Shown here one piece after another: positions 12,061 through 22,579 of a stretch of 64,000 bases of DNA. A program made the position numbers and the translations under genes. Origin of the DNA: Candidatus Bathyarchaeota archaeon (GTDB taxonomy: Archaea; Thermoproteota; Bathyarchaeia; Bathyarchaeales; Bathycorpusculaceae); contig OY970340.1 in the NCBI GenBank assembly GCA_963717465.1, forward strand, positions 160,001-224,000, given 5' to 3'. The notes under the pieces were generated by a model that ran no database searches, had not been told where the DNA came from, and was given only the letters and a program-made list of their open reading frames with translations. Positions within the stretch are counted from its first letter, which is position 1. Every line of letters begins with the position of its first letter.

Positions 12061-12639
12061 TTGCCTGAACTATCCAAGGCAGAAAAAGATAAAATTCAAA
12101 AATCTAAAAAGAACAATAATCAAGCTAACAAAGAGCCACATGATATTGAAAAAAGTGATAAACCCAGGTTCGCTGAGGATTTAACGGAGAATGAAAAGCG
12201 GACTGGAGAGGAATCAGAGGATAATTGGGTTGCTAAAACTCAGTCGCCTATGGCAGGCAAAATTTCTGGCAGTATGGAGGATCTGGAGCGGATTCGTGAA
12301 TCCGAATTCTCAATGAGCGATGAAGTCAAAGAATGCATCCAAGATTGTGTAGACTGTTACAGAACATGCACAGAGACTCTGACAAGATGCCTAAGTTTAG
12401 GCGGTAAACATTCTGAAGGAAGGCATATCAACTTAATTATAGATTGCAGTAGAATATGCAATATTAACACTGATTTCATGCTGAGAAATTCAACCCATTA
12501 TTCGCAGACTTGCAAAGTCACCGCTGACATCTGCGATGCATGCGCCAACAACTGTGAAGAATTTGATGACGATTTCATGAAAGACTGCGCCAGCATTTGC
12601 AGAAAATGCGCTGAATCTTGCAGAGAAATGGCAAGATAA
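12061..12639 (+). CDS. Four-helix-bundle Cys-rich copper-storage-like protein (DUF326/Csp) with a charged N-terminal extension
   Basis: Repeated Cx3Cx2Cx3C helices: CIQDCVDCYRTC, CADACANNC-like, CASICRKCAESC. Confidence 0.8.
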   Translation: MPELSKAEKDKIQKSKKNNNQANKEPHDIEKSDKPRFAEDLTENEKRTGEESEDNWVAKTQSPMAGKISGSMEDLERIRESEFSMSDEVKECIQDCVDCYRTCTETLTRCLSLGGKHSEGRHINLIIDCSRICNINTDFMLRNSTHYSQTCKVTADICDACANNCEEFDDDFMKDCASICRKCAESCREMAR

Positions 12640-13030
12640 AACAAGTCTACTGATTAATTTAGAGTAAAATATTTTTGTCTATATAGATGTTCTTTGGATA
12701 TAACAGTCATTTTTCTTTAGCTATTCTATATCTTTAAAAGAGGACCGCGAAAGTGAACGACAATTGTCGCTGTTCACCGTCGCTGTCCAGGACCTCATCC
12801 ATTGTCATCACAGTTATTGCCTTGCTTGTTCAAACGCATTTGCTTTATGTATTCTCTTTCAGCCTCAATTCGTGCAACTTTCTCTTGACAATTCAGGCAG
12901 TAATCATGATTATCCCATGGAGCAAGATACTCGCCAAGCGAAATCCCGCACCTTTGACATTTATACTCTGGCATCTTCTAAACCTAACGAAAACTAGGTT
13001 AATAATAATTTAAACTTTACCGAGGGCGGG

Positions 13031-13357
13031 ATGATATTAAAAAAATGGAGTTTGGATCATTATTCAAAGAAAATAAAGCTTTTACTCAAGCGCTACCAAA
13101 TGAAATGGAAACACTTGGCTGAAACAGGATTTCAGGCAAGGCGAAAACTGATAAAAAGTAAGGTTGCTCAAATGAAGACAAAAAACACGTGCATCAATTG
13201 TGCAATGTTGAATTGTGGTGTCAGGTTTGCCTGTGAAGATAATGAACTCGAGATCCCAATTCAAAAAATTCAAGAAAACATCGAAAACACCGCTACTACC
13301 GCTCAAGTTATAGAGCCAAACCTTGTTGCTAAACCTGACAAGCCATCAAAGAAGTAG
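13031..13357 (+). CDS. Hypothetical Cys-cluster protein (true start possibly 13172)
   Basis: CINCAMLNC..C motif; no recognisable family. Confidence 0.35.
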   Translation: MILKKWSLDHYSKKIKLLLKRYQMKWKHLAETGFQARRKLIKSKVAQMKTKNTCINCAMLNCGVRFACEDNELEIPIQKIQENIENTATTAQVIEPNLVAKPDKPSKK

Positions 13358-13533
13358 TATCAAGAACCCTTTTACAAACTAATTTTTCCATTCCTAACAG
13401 CTTGAAGTTATAATTTCAAGTTTAGGCGTGCGTCTTGTTGGTGATCATGGTTTTTTGAGCCTTTTTGAAGCGAATTCGCAGTAACGTTTAAGATTAGGAT
13501 AATGGCTAACTGCTTTTTTAGGGGAAGGATTCA

Positions 13534-15615
13534 TTGAGTATCAAACGGTTAGGTTTACTGTTTGCAGTTTTGCTATGCTTTATTTTGGCATATTCTGCTT
13601 TTAATCTAAAAGCTGTTTCTGCAGATTCCGCAAGCTGGCCCATGTTCCATGCTGATTCCGCTCATAGCGGCGTTGGCACGGATAATTTAACAGTCAGCGA
13701 CAGCCTGCTTTGGAGTTACACGACTTACGGCCAAGTTTGGTCTTCGCCAGCTGTCGTCGGCAATATCGTCTATATAGGTTCAACTGACCATAACGTGTAT
13801 GCTCTAAACGCTAGCACAGGAAGTAAAATTTGGAATTATACTACAGGTTACTATATTGTTACTTCTCCAGCAGTCGCAAACGGCATAGTGTACATCGGCT
13901 CTGAAGACGACCAAATCTACGCTTTAAACGCCTCCTCAGGAGCTTGGATATGGAACTACACAACAGGTGACCAGATCAATACTTCACCCACAGTCGTTAA
14001 CGGTATAGTTTATTTTGGTTCAGACGATGCAAACGTTTATGCTTTAAATGCTTCCTCGGGTGCCTATATTTGGAATTTCACGACAGGAAAATCACTTGGA
14101 TCAAGTAGCCCTGCAGTAGTCGGCGGCGTTGTCTACATAGGCTCTGAAGACCATAACATTTATGCTTTGAACGCTTTAACGGGCACTCAGATTTGGAATT
14201 TTACAACTGGAAACGCAACTTTTTCCAGCCCTGCTGTAATAAACGGCGTAGTTTACGTAGGTGACTATGACCAACACGTTTATGCTTTAAACGCTTCCAC
14301 CGGCTTAGAAATTTGGAATTTCACCACCGGGAACCAAGTCAACGCGTCACCTGCTGTAAGCGGAGGAGTTGTGTATGTCGGTTCATTAGATAATAATACT
14401 TATGCGTTAAATGCCGCGTCAGGCACCCAAATTTGGAATTATACAACTGGAAACGAAGTTGGTTCTTCAGCCGCTATTGTTAACGGCGTTGTTTATGTTG
14501 GCTCTCATGATGACAGCTTTTATGCTTTGAATGCCACCACTGGCTCAAAACTTTGGAGCTATGCCACCGGCGGCGAGATTAGATCTTCTCCAGCTGTCGT
14601 GGGCGGAGTTGCTTATTTTGGATCCTTGGATGATAATGTTTACGCCATAGGTACATCTAACTCGTCAAACTCTTCAAGTTCGCCATCACCATCACCCAGC
14701 CCATCAAGCTCGCCAAGCTCGTCACCTTCACCCAATCTGTCAAACTCGTTAACTGCGTTTCAATCAGCTTTATCCTCTGCGTTATCCTCAGTTTATTCAT
14801 CTTTAACCAGAAACGTTTGGGTTCCTTCACAAAAAACAAGTGCCGCTTATGCTGTTGCTGCATCAGCGGTTGTGTTAGGGTCTGTTTCAGTACTGTTTTC
14901 CTTGCTGAGTAACCCCTTAGGAGGGGCTGGTGGAGCAGCAGGTGAAAAGCTTAATGGTCTTATTCCTAATAATATAAAGCAGTGGCTTGAAGATTTTATT
15001 TCTTCTAAACATAAACTCGGAGTCGAAGAGAAGAAAGGTTTTATATTCAGACCTACGGGAACGGAGATTTTGGCGTACGCCATTTCAATCGTTGCTCTCA
15101 CAATTTCCTTTTCATACGTCAAAGTAGCTTCAATTGATCAAATATTGCAGGTACTTCCAGTCTTTTTTGCAACAAGCATCCTTGTGGGTTTTGCACAAAA
15201 GTTCTTTTCAATTGTTTACATGCGAAGTAAAGGCGTTTGGAGCGAGCATAAGATTTGGCCTCTCGGCTTAGCTATGTTTCTTGTAACAACTTTCGTGTTT
15301 AAGGTTCCCTTTTCTGCCCCAACGAAAAGTGAGCATAAAGAGGATGAACGTGCCGAAAAATTGGGTGCTATTGCCTCTGCATCGGAAATTCTTATCAGCC
15401 TAGCTTTTGGCTGCATCTTCTTTGTTCTGTTGATTTTAGGCTACGGAGGCATAGGTGGAGCTGGCTTAACAATGTGCGTAATAGGCTCTTTCTTTGGAAC
15501 CTTACCTATAACACCGATGAGTGGAAAAGACATTTTTGACCATAAAAAGTCTCTATGGGCAACACTTTTTGTCGTAACATTAATTATCTTTGTCGCCTGG
15601 CTATTTTTACTGTAA
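13534..15615 (+). CDS. Secreted PQQ-like beta-propeller protein with Ser/Pro linker and multi-TM C-terminal domain
   Basis: Signal peptide; about 8 repeats of SSPAVxxGxVYxGSxDxxxYALNAxTGxxIWNxTTG; SPSPS linker; hydrophobic C-terminus. Confidence 0.9.
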   Translation: MSIKRLGLLFAVLLCFILAYSAFNLKAVSADSASWPMFHADSAHSGVGTDNLTVSDSLLWSYTTYGQVWSSPAVVGNIVYIGSTDHNVYALNASTGSKIWNYTTGYYIVTSPAVANGIVYIGSEDDQIYALNASSGAWIWNYTTGDQINTSPTVVNGIVYFGSDDANVYALNASSGAYIWNFTTGKSLGSSSPAVVGGVVYIGSEDHNIYALNALTGTQIWNFTTGNATFSSPAVINGVVYVGDYDQHVYALNASTGLEIWNFTTGNQVNASPAVSGGVVYVGSLDNNTYALNAASGTQIWNYTTGNEVGSSAAIVNGVVYVGSHDDSFYALNATTGSKLWSYATGGEIRSSPAVVGGVAYFGSLDDNVYAIGTSNSSNSSSSPSPSPSPSSSPSSSPSPNLSNSLTAFQSALSSALSSVYSSLTRNVWVPSQKTSAAYAVAASAVVLGSVSVLFSLLSNPLGGAGGAAGEKLNGLIPNNIKQWLEDFISSKHKLGVEEKKGFIFRPTGTEILAYAISIVALTISFSYVKVASIDQILQVLPVFFATSILVGFAQKFFSIVYMRSKGVWSEHKIWPLGLAMFLVTTFVFKVPFSAPTKSEHKEDERAEKLGAIASASEILISLAFGCIFFVLLILGYGGIGGAGLTMCVIGSFFGTLPITPMSGKDIFDHKKSLWATLFVVTLIIFVAWLFLL

Positions 15616-15754
15616 TCACAAATAACCAGTTAAGCCCTTTTTCTCAGTGCTTTTCGCTTGAAGTTGCTATTAATCTCCAAGCGTCCAATAAAGCGTACAA
15701 TAAACATAAATACACGCTTATAAAGAGAGTATAGAAAAAAAGGGGAGGGCTAAA

Positions 15755-15979
15755 ATGGCAGAAACACAAAAACCAGCTACAACAAGCAGTACAAGTAACA
15801 AGAACTTGCATGCCATCATTCTCGCTGTAGTAGGAATCATCGTATTCATTGCCGGTCTATTAGTTGCAACTGTTCGTGGAACAGGTCTACGCGGTTCAGG
15901 TTTAGGCACAGTTTTAATCGTGATAGGCGTCGTGATGCTACTTATTGCTATCTTAAGATTCTATTATAAACGCAAATAG
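15755..15979 (+). CDS. Small two-TM membrane protein
   Basis: GGGAGG RBS, two hydrophobic helices, basic tail. Confidence 0.7.
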   Translation: MAETQKPATTSSTSNKNLHAIILAVVGIIVFIAGLLVATVRGTGLRGSGLGTVLIVIGVVMLLIAILRFYYKRK

Positions 15980-16430
15980 AAAAAAATTTTTTTCTTAAGT
16001 TCACCCACTTTTTTTAATTATTGTTCTATATTAAAAATGCAATAACCAAATTCTTAGGTGCCCAAAGCTAGTGTTATCCTCTTAGCCACTGAAATAACCA
16101 GTTACTCAGTGGCAAGCGATTTAGAACCAGTGGGATTCCATATTTAATTGATTTTTTTTAGTAAATATGAAATGATTATTAATTATTAATATTCGATTCA
16201 GAAGCCATATCTAGAAATCGTTAATTCGCATGATATGCCGCAAAGAAAACCATTTGGACCAGCTAAAAAATGTTCTCTGTTGAATGGCTTGTTTAACACT
16301 CACATGCCCTTGACAAAAATAGTCTTTCTGCAGTAGTGGCTATAGGTTTAGAATGCGTTTTCCTATAGCCACCACACGGTGAATAACGCGTTGCTTGGTA
16401 AACCACGCGCGTGAATAAAGTGACTTAATG

Positions 16431-16545
16431 GATATTTAAGTTGCGTTAACTGTTGGGTTCGACTTTGTACTCCAAAATGTTGCTTTATGGGCAAATATTG
16501 TTAACATTATTGCGTATAACATATTCTTTTTGATACAATGTGCAA
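16431..16545 (-). promoter_or_regulatory. Copy of the mttB-type promoter architecture
   Basis: Plus-strand blocks GATATTTAAG, CAAAAT (+42), TATTGTTAACATTATTGCG (+65), TGATACAATGTGCAA (+100) match 19279-19394. Confidence 0.7.
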
Positions 16546-16697
16546 TATCATTTTAATCATAAGGGCATGGTCAAGCAAGAGCCATTTTCAGCACTCATCA
16601 GCGTGAGCCGTAGTTTAAGCTAGCCTGGTTTTCAGCGTGCTACCGTCAACGACACGATTTTTCGTGTAAATTGCCATTTCTAAGTCTTAGTATGATG

Positions 16698-17279
16698 TTA
16701 TTGTTTTTTATTGTGCCCAGGGCTTGATGCAAAAGGAAACAGTAATTCCAGGTCTTTGTATGAGAATGGTTTTGGATACAACTTGTCTGTGTAAAACATG
16801 ATTGCATGTCTTTCCATGTGTGGCTGGTACATACCGGATATATCATCTTTTATTTTCTGGGTGAATTCTATAAAGGCATCATAATTTTTGTGCACAGTTA
16901 TAGCAAACCAGTTTGTTCCTTCTAAACCTTGATTTTCTAAGAGGCATAATATTTCAGGATTTTTCTGCGCCAACACATGAGCCTCTTTTAATTGCGCTTG
17001 GGATAAATTATCAGTAGTTGAAGCAAATGAAACGACAATAACGCCTAGTCCTAACTTGCTCAAGTTGGGTTCAACAGTGTACGCTTTTATGTAACCCTTC
17101 TGCTCCAAATTTCTTCTTCGCCTAGACAATGATGTGTTACTTATCCCCAAAACTTTAGCGATCTCCCTATCGCTTTTACCACTCAGCGCCATCAGAGCAA
17201 ACAAAATTTTTAAGTTCTGCTCGAAATTCCTCTCCGCCCTATCTTGTTTACTCTTAAGTTTCTTGTTCATCACTGACAA
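16698..17279 (-). CDS. Lrp/AsnC-family transcriptional regulator
   Basis: SDREIAKVLGISNTSLSRRRRNLEQKGYIKAYT..PNLSKLG winged HTH. Confidence 0.85.
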   Translation of the reverse strand: MSVMNKKLKSKQDRAERNFEQNLKILFALMALSGKSDREIAKVLGISNTSLSRRRRNLEQKGYIKAYTVEPNLSKLGLGVIVVSFASTTDNLSQAQLKEAHVLAQKNPEILCLLENQGLEGTNWFAITVHKNYDAFIEFTQKIKDDISGMYQPHMERHAIMFYTDKLYPKPFSYKDLELLFPFASSPGHNKKQ

Positions 17280-17487
17280 TATTCAATTTTAACGGCTTTA
17301 AGTCTTTTCATAGAATTTCTTTTCATCTCTAAGGTAAAATATTGAAACTTTGTAAACAGTAGCGTTCAAAAACAGCGAAAATGTTGCAGCAAACAAAATT
17401 TTAGTCTTTAGCATATTTTAGAAAAAAAGGAATGCACTTTAGGCTGACTACTATGAAGACTTTTCACTTTTAACCCCTGATATATAT

Positions 17488-17624
17488 GGATAAGCCCATT
17501 AGCGATAGCGTAGATTATTTTCAGCTTAGCCTCAACTGCTTCTCTTGCCACTGCAACAGTGCATCCTCATTTTAGTCAATTACATCTTAGCGAGGGGTTC
17601 AAGTATGTCAGCCTTAGTTGCCAG
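17488..17624 (-). pseudogene. Decayed N-terminus of a corrinoid (MttC/MtbC-like) protein
   Basis: Stitched reading ATKADILEPLAK-VID*NEDA-TVAVAREAVEAKL..IYAIANGL resembles the B12 cap domain; lies directly after mttB. Confidence 0.6.
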
Positions 17625-17644
17625 AAAGCTTTCTTTCCTTCTTC

Positions 17645-19219
17645 TTAGAATCTTGCGCCTGTTCCTGTTTTGTCTGCTACGTAACCGCCGATCTGGTACA
17701 TTTTGTCGTACTTGGCTATTATTGCATTCATTCTGTCTGCTACGTCTTTTGGTGGCAATGGAGCAGGGAATTCCTTAATGATCTTCTGGGTTAGAGCGTA
17801 TGCACGGTCATCCATGTTAAGTTTGTCTTCGATCCAACGTAGATATTGTCTTGTTTCGTATAAGCCGTAACCGTGACGCATTGGATAAAAGCCAGTGTCT
17901 ACCATGTTCTTTAGCGTGAATGGGTCTTTCATGAAGTCTCCTCTTGGACCCTTTGCAAGCCAGCCGCTGTAATTGTATGAATCGGTTGAAAAGTCAAGGT
18001 CTTTGAAGTAAAATGTCATCATCTTGATGACTTCAGCCGTGATAGCGTAACCTTCGGGTCGGATTCCGTTTGGTCCAACAGTTACTGACCAGCATCCATG
18101 TTGATCGGTGCCGCTTTGAAGTGCATTAAACGTGTGGTAAGATAAGAGACCGTTTTGCGTATCTGAAGCACCTGCTGTGCCGCCTATGGCTCCTCCGGGC
18201 CACATGGTAGCTTTTGGGTGATTGTAGTTTCGGTGCCAAAAGTTTACGTGCAGAGCTAGTCCTTTGCTGAATTGATCTCCGCAGGCTGCTAACATTTGAG
18301 TGTAGGGTTCCATGGGCATTACCAGGTCGTAAGTCATGTCAGGGATGTATCCTTTTCCAACTCCATTCTTTCCAAGACCTAAACCTACTGCCATGGATGC
18401 GGATGCGGCAACAGTCACTGCGTAAGCTCCAGTTAAGGTGCATGGACCTTGGAACCCAGGTATGCAAACATCAGTATGATCTATAAGCAGGGGTCTGCCT
18501 TTCTCCCAGCCTTCTAGTGTTCCAGTCATTCTGTCACTGGTTTTTTGGCCGAAAACTAAGCCTGGAGTATCTCCATGGTTGGTGATGAAGGGTCTTTTCT
18601 GAAGCTCTTCGAATCCTCCAAGAACCTCAGCTGCTAACTCAGTGTAACATTCAATATGATCAATTGCGTCAATGTGCCAAATGTGCTTGGTATTGCATTG
18701 AATAGTACTGTTAAGGTCATGAGTGTCTACGGGTAAGCCAGCTTCTGCCAGATCCATAGGCAGAAAAATTGGACTAACCATATCGAACTCGTTAAAGTAC
18801 TCAGTAATTTTTTGTTCTCTCCAGTTATCAGCATCCACGCAGTCTCGGAAATCGAATTTTCTTGTTTCCGGAACCCATTTACCGTATAGAGCCATAATTC
18901 CGAAGGCTCCAGCGAAAGTTCTGTTGCTCCCAGCCACCATGAGAATATCATTCTGCGGCGTTCGCCCAGGCAAAATCATCTCGCTCGGTATTGCATTTAC
19001 GGCTTCCACAGCTACATTTTGAGGTATCTTTACGACTCCTTTCTTTTCATCAACAATGGTGCAGCCAAGTTCTTTGTAGATTTTTTGAAGCTTAGGAGTT
19101 ACTCCTCCTACTCCGATTCTTTCAAGAAGGAACATTGCTGCTCCATGAATTGTTGAAAGTTCTACGTCAGTCGCAATCGGTGGAGCAAATCTTCTAGGTA
19201 CAGATATACCGTATCTCAA
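17645..19219 (-). CDS. MttB-superfamily methyltransferase, no in-frame amber codon (non-pyrrolysine type)
   Basis: IHGAAMFLLERIGV, LPGRTPQND, NTKH, GPCTLTG, GPRGDFM, C-terminal PLPPKDV motifs. Confidence 0.85.
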   Translation of the reverse strand: MRYGISVPRRFAPPIATDVELSTIHGAAMFLLERIGVGGVTPKLQKIYKELGCTIVDEKKGVVKIPQNVAVEAVNAIPSEMILPGRTPQNDILMVAGSNRTFAGAFGIMALYGKWVPETRKFDFRDCVDADNWREQKITEYFNEFDMVSPIFLPMDLAEAGLPVDTHDLNSTIQCNTKHIWHIDAIDHIECYTELAAEVLGGFEELQKRPFITNHGDTPGLVFGQKTSDRMTGTLEGWEKGRPLLIDHTDVCIPGFQGPCTLTGAYAVTVAASASMAVGLGLGKNGVGKGYIPDMTYDLVMPMEPYTQMLAACGDQFSKGLALHVNFWHRNYNHPKATMWPGGAIGGTAGASDTQNGLLSYHTFNALQSGTDQHGCWSVTVGPNGIRPEGYAITAEVIKMMTFYFKDLDFSTDSYNYSGWLAKGPRGDFMKDPFTLKNMVDTGFYPMRHGYGLYETRQYLRWIEDKLNMDDRAYALTQKIIKEFPAPLPPKDVADRMNAIIAKYDKMYQIGGYVADKTGTGARF

Positions 19220-19278
19220 TTTTAATTTCTCCCTTTTTTACGTTTTTTAGAACAAAATAAGATATATAATGCCTGATT

Positions 19279-19394
19279 GATATTTAAGGTTAAAATATCA
19301 GCCAGTTTCAAAATGTGACACAAAATAAGGCAAATCAACGATGTATTGTTTACAGTATTGCGCATTAAGCGCTAAGCCCTGATACAATGTGCAA
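19279..19394 (-). promoter_or_regulatory. mttB promoter with upstream putative regulator boxes
   Basis: Minus-strand TTAAATA box ~60 nt upstream of the start, plus three blocks shared with 16431-16545. Confidence 0.7.
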
Positions 19395-19503
19395 CAAATT
19401 TTTACTGAGCAAAAAACTCAGAATGTGCTAAATTATTGAGTAAGTTGAGTCTTAATGCGAACCAGAAGAAGAATATCGCCAACCTATTTGTTAATTCATA
19501 AAA

Positions 19504-20451
19504 TTACGCATAGGGGATTGTTATATAAACTGTGAAGTTGAACTCTCCCGTATACATTTGTTGTGGCGTTGTGAACGTATAGTCTATTGTGACATTGTTT
19601 CCCGCAGTAATTATGATTGGGAAAGTCTCGGACGAATTGGTGAGAGCGCTGACAAGTGTAAAGCCCGTGGTGTTGCAAACGGCACCTGTAATGTTAATTT
19701 CGCCAGAGCTACAATTATACGGGATATTAATTGTAAAGTTGCAATCTGCTGGTAATTCTTCAAAAAGAGGGCCTAGCGAAACAGTCGATGTATTTGTTTG
19801 TCCATTTAGAGTGTAATATGACACAATGGTCTCGTAGAAGCCGGTAAAAGTACTGGAATTGGGCGTGTCGCTAATGTAAACTGTGAAGTTGAAGTTTCCA
19901 GTGTATTGTTGTGCTGGCGAATTAAACCTGAATTCTATCGTCAAGTTATCCTGCGCTGCTGAGTTGCTGTTTGGAATAGTTGCAGGCAAAGAAGTGGATG
20001 AGCCTGAAAAATTAAATCCGTCTGTTCCGCTTGAGACCGCAGTTATTTGTTCTGTTCCGTTTTCAGCATTATAATAACAAATGTTTAATCCGAAATTTGC
20101 GCCTACTGCGTCCCATTTGCCTGCACAACTGGTTAAGGTAATTGTATTCGTGGTTGTTTGATTTGTTACAGTATTATTGGTTACTAAGTATTCGTAAACA
20201 GCAGTAAAATTGTTATAAGCAGTCGTTGAAACTCCTGTTGGAGATGCCGTTGGAGTTGCTGTTGGAGAGGTCGTTGGAGAGGAGGAGGAGGAATTGTTTG
20301 AATTTTTTGAAAACGATAAATAGTAAACGCTTAGGCAAGCGGCAATTAGAACAAGAATAAGCACAACAGCAAGGATTGCCTTCTTTTTTGAACTGTGTTT
20401 TGTAGTCTCAGGTGAATTAACGTTATTTACGCTTGAGTTGTCAGCTGTCAT
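19504..20451 (-). CDS. Membrane-anchored Thr/Ser/Asn-rich surface glycoprotein
   Basis: N-terminal TM, PT-rich linker, many NxS/T sequons, internal repeat (PxQQxYTGxFNFTVYI twice). Confidence 0.75.
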   Translation of the reverse strand: MTADNSSVNNVNSPETTKHSSKKKAILAVVLILVLIAACLSVYYLSFSKNSNNSSSSSPTTSPTATPTASPTGVSTTAYNNFTAVYEYLVTNNTVTNQTTTNTITLTSCAGKWDAVGANFGLNICYYNAENGTEQITAVSSGTDGFNFSGSSTSLPATIPNSNSAAQDNLTIEFRFNSPAQQYTGNFNFTVYISDTPNSSTFTGFYETIVSYYTLNGQTNTSTVSLGPLFEELPADCNFTINIPYNCSSGEINITGAVCNTTGFTLVSALTNSSETFPIIITAGNNVTIDYTFTTPQQMYTGEFNFTVYITIPYA

Positions 20452-21366
20452 GTTTTTGGATTGTTCGTTTACTTACTTTTTAAGGTATTGCAGAACGAAG
20501 CAAGATCTTATTTATGGTATTAGATTAAAGTATTAAGTTGGCTCTGACAAATTGATAATTAACCAATCAAATAAAAAGCGAGCTGAAAATATCGGTTCGC
20601 AAAGAAGGGCGTAGAGAACTATTTTTGGCTTTCCATTTTCTCATGTAAATTACTTGAATATAATTTGATATTGTTATCATGATCCATCAGTAACATACGG
20701 AATCAAATAATCGTACATTATGAAATCTTTTGAATTACAATATTTCAAGTAATTTGTCTACCTTTCTCTCTAACGCTTCCCCGTCGTTCTATTTAACGCT
20801 TTATAGTAGTCTTAATACAGTCACAAATACTTAAATCGAAAATTTTAGAATAACGATTGCTTGCAGACGAAACAAGCGAGCAATCAACAGCTGGTTTGAT
20901 TGACGTTTAGCCTAAGCAAGAACCCCTATTCCCTCTATGACATCCATCTATATCTTTTCGGTTCACCTTAGGTTGAAACAAGGTCAACTTAAACCAACAA
21001 AACTTTTTCATTAAATATTTAAGCAGTTAGGTTGTTTCGTGTTAACGTGCGGTTTCATGTCGATTAGGAAAGGTCATATTTTGCCTTCAGGTTAAACTTT
21101 TTACATCGCAACTGAAAGAGACTCCAAAGTCTTCCGAAGTTGTTTGCGCGCTGGCTCTATAGAAGAGATTAATCAAATATTGTAACAACTATTCTCTCGT
21201 ATTATATGTAAACTCTATAAGCGAACTTTATTAGCACGGATAAGAAAAGCTGAACTTAAGAATAGAAAGTGCAAATGAATGGCGAGACGAAGCATTTGCA
21301 CCGATAAAGAATCAAAGGACAAAGAGCTAGGCAAACATTAAAAATTAAAGCAAAAGGTGAATTAAA

Positions 21367-21450
21367 ATGGAAGTACTTGGATTGTTAATTGTCATTCTTA
21401 TGAGCGGCATTTCGGCAGCTATAACATTTTTGTGTCTAAGAAATGTCTAG
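21367..21450 (+). CDS. Putative 27-aa single-TM peptide
   Basis: AGGTGA RBS then MEVLGLLIVILMSGISAAITFLCLRNV. Confidence 0.4.
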   Translation: MEVLGLLIVILMSGISAAITFLCLRNV

Positions 21451-21729
21451 CCTTTCGAACCACATAAAGCTATTTTTGGTTCTCCGGGATTAATAATAAA
21501 CAACACTTTTTGTCCAGTAACTCGATAACTTTATGTTGGGTTACTAAACTTAACAAATCCTATTTCCTAGAAAAGTTTTTCAAAGCGAACCTTAACTTTG
21601 GATTCTTATTAAGTTAACTTTATCAAAGACTAGTATGCGCTCAATGATATACGGTGTAAGCTTAACCATTGACCGTTATAGAAAAGCAACGTGTAGACCA
21701 AGCTTCGCAATATTATTAAGAAAAATAAT

Positions 21730-21981
21730 TTAGACTTTCATTCCAGCTTTGTTTGGTCTTCCAGGTCTTTCTTTCTTGAACACTATCTTGGCTATTCTTA
21801 ATTGTCCCGCCAAAACGCTTAATCGCTCGCCTTTACGGATGAATTTTCCCCGTTTAGCTAGTCGTGCGTCAGTTAAAGCTTCTATAAAGTATCTCTGACT
21901 ATATCCTGTGCTTGGAGCTTTGCCCAAGATTCTTACGGGATAATGACCATTTAGGTATCGTATGTCTTCAATCATCACCAA
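21730..21981 (-). CDS. Hypothetical basic protein
   Basis: ORF preceded by GAGGTG. Confidence 0.5.
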   Translation of the reverse strand: MVMIEDIRYLNGHYPVRILGKAPSTGYSQRYFIEALTDARLAKRGKFIRKGERLSVLAGQLRIAKIVFKKERPGRPNKAGMKV

Positions 21982-21985
21982 TGCT

Positions 21986-22195
21986 TTACACCTCTGGCCT
22001 TGGGATCAAGATTGGTTTTTGCTGTTGAAAGCCACATTGATTTTTACTTATGCATGTTTGGTAATAGTAGTCTTTTCCTCGGCTACTATGCTTGTTCTTA
22101 GTAGTAAACTTGTTTGGGCACCTATCAGTTTTACAACAGAAAATCCATCGATTAAAATGCAATCGTCTATACCTTAATGAATTGCTTACAGACAC
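21986..22195 (-). CDS. Hypothetical Cys-containing protein
   Basis: ORF ends 4 nt before the next gene; no family recognised. Confidence 0.35.
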   Translation of the reverse strand: MSVSNSLRYRRLHFNRWIFCCKTDRCPNKFTTKNKHSSRGKDYYYQTCISKNQCGFQQQKPILIPRPEV

Positions 22196-22456
22196 CTTTC
22201 TTCGTCACCTACACTTTATGGATTTCTCAATCCAGATCTTCTTGCTACGAAGGCTACTCGTTCTTACCATTTAGCAAATTATCTAATCCACTATAAGCCT
22301 TTTAGTTCATAGTTCAAGTAATCTATATTTACTATATTTTAGTAGAGCCAAATTTCAAAAATTTGCAAAAACACACTAAAAGAGGATAGTAGCCAATTAT
22401 CCTAAGTACACTAAATCAACAAACGTCAATATTGTGAGATTTTAAGAAAGATGGAG

Positions 22457-22509
22457 TGGCAAGGTATGTGGGATTTGAACTCATGAGATCTTTCGATTAC
22501 AGACTCGCA
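22457..22509 (-). repeat. Degenerate copy of the 3' part of tRNA-Ser (att-like)
   Basis: tggcaaggtatgtgggatttgaactcatgagatctttcgattacagact aligns with tggcgcgggatgtgggatttgaacccacgcggcctttcgaccacagact at 24475. Confidence 0.8.
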
Positions 22510-22579
22510 TGAAGAAAATAATTGACTTTTTCTTCTTGAAACAATGGTTAAGTCGCACAATTGCTCATTACGCGGAGAC

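Noticed and set aside
13720..14650. ~120-bp DNA repeats
   Set aside because: Explained by the beta-propeller blades of the protein.
16085..16113. GCCACTGA/TCAGTGGC hairpin
   Set aside because: An isolated 8-bp stem with no further support.
22457..22509. Second tRNA gene or split-tRNA half
   Set aside because: The acceptor stem and anticodon loop are degenerate and there is no 5' half; better explained as an integration scar.
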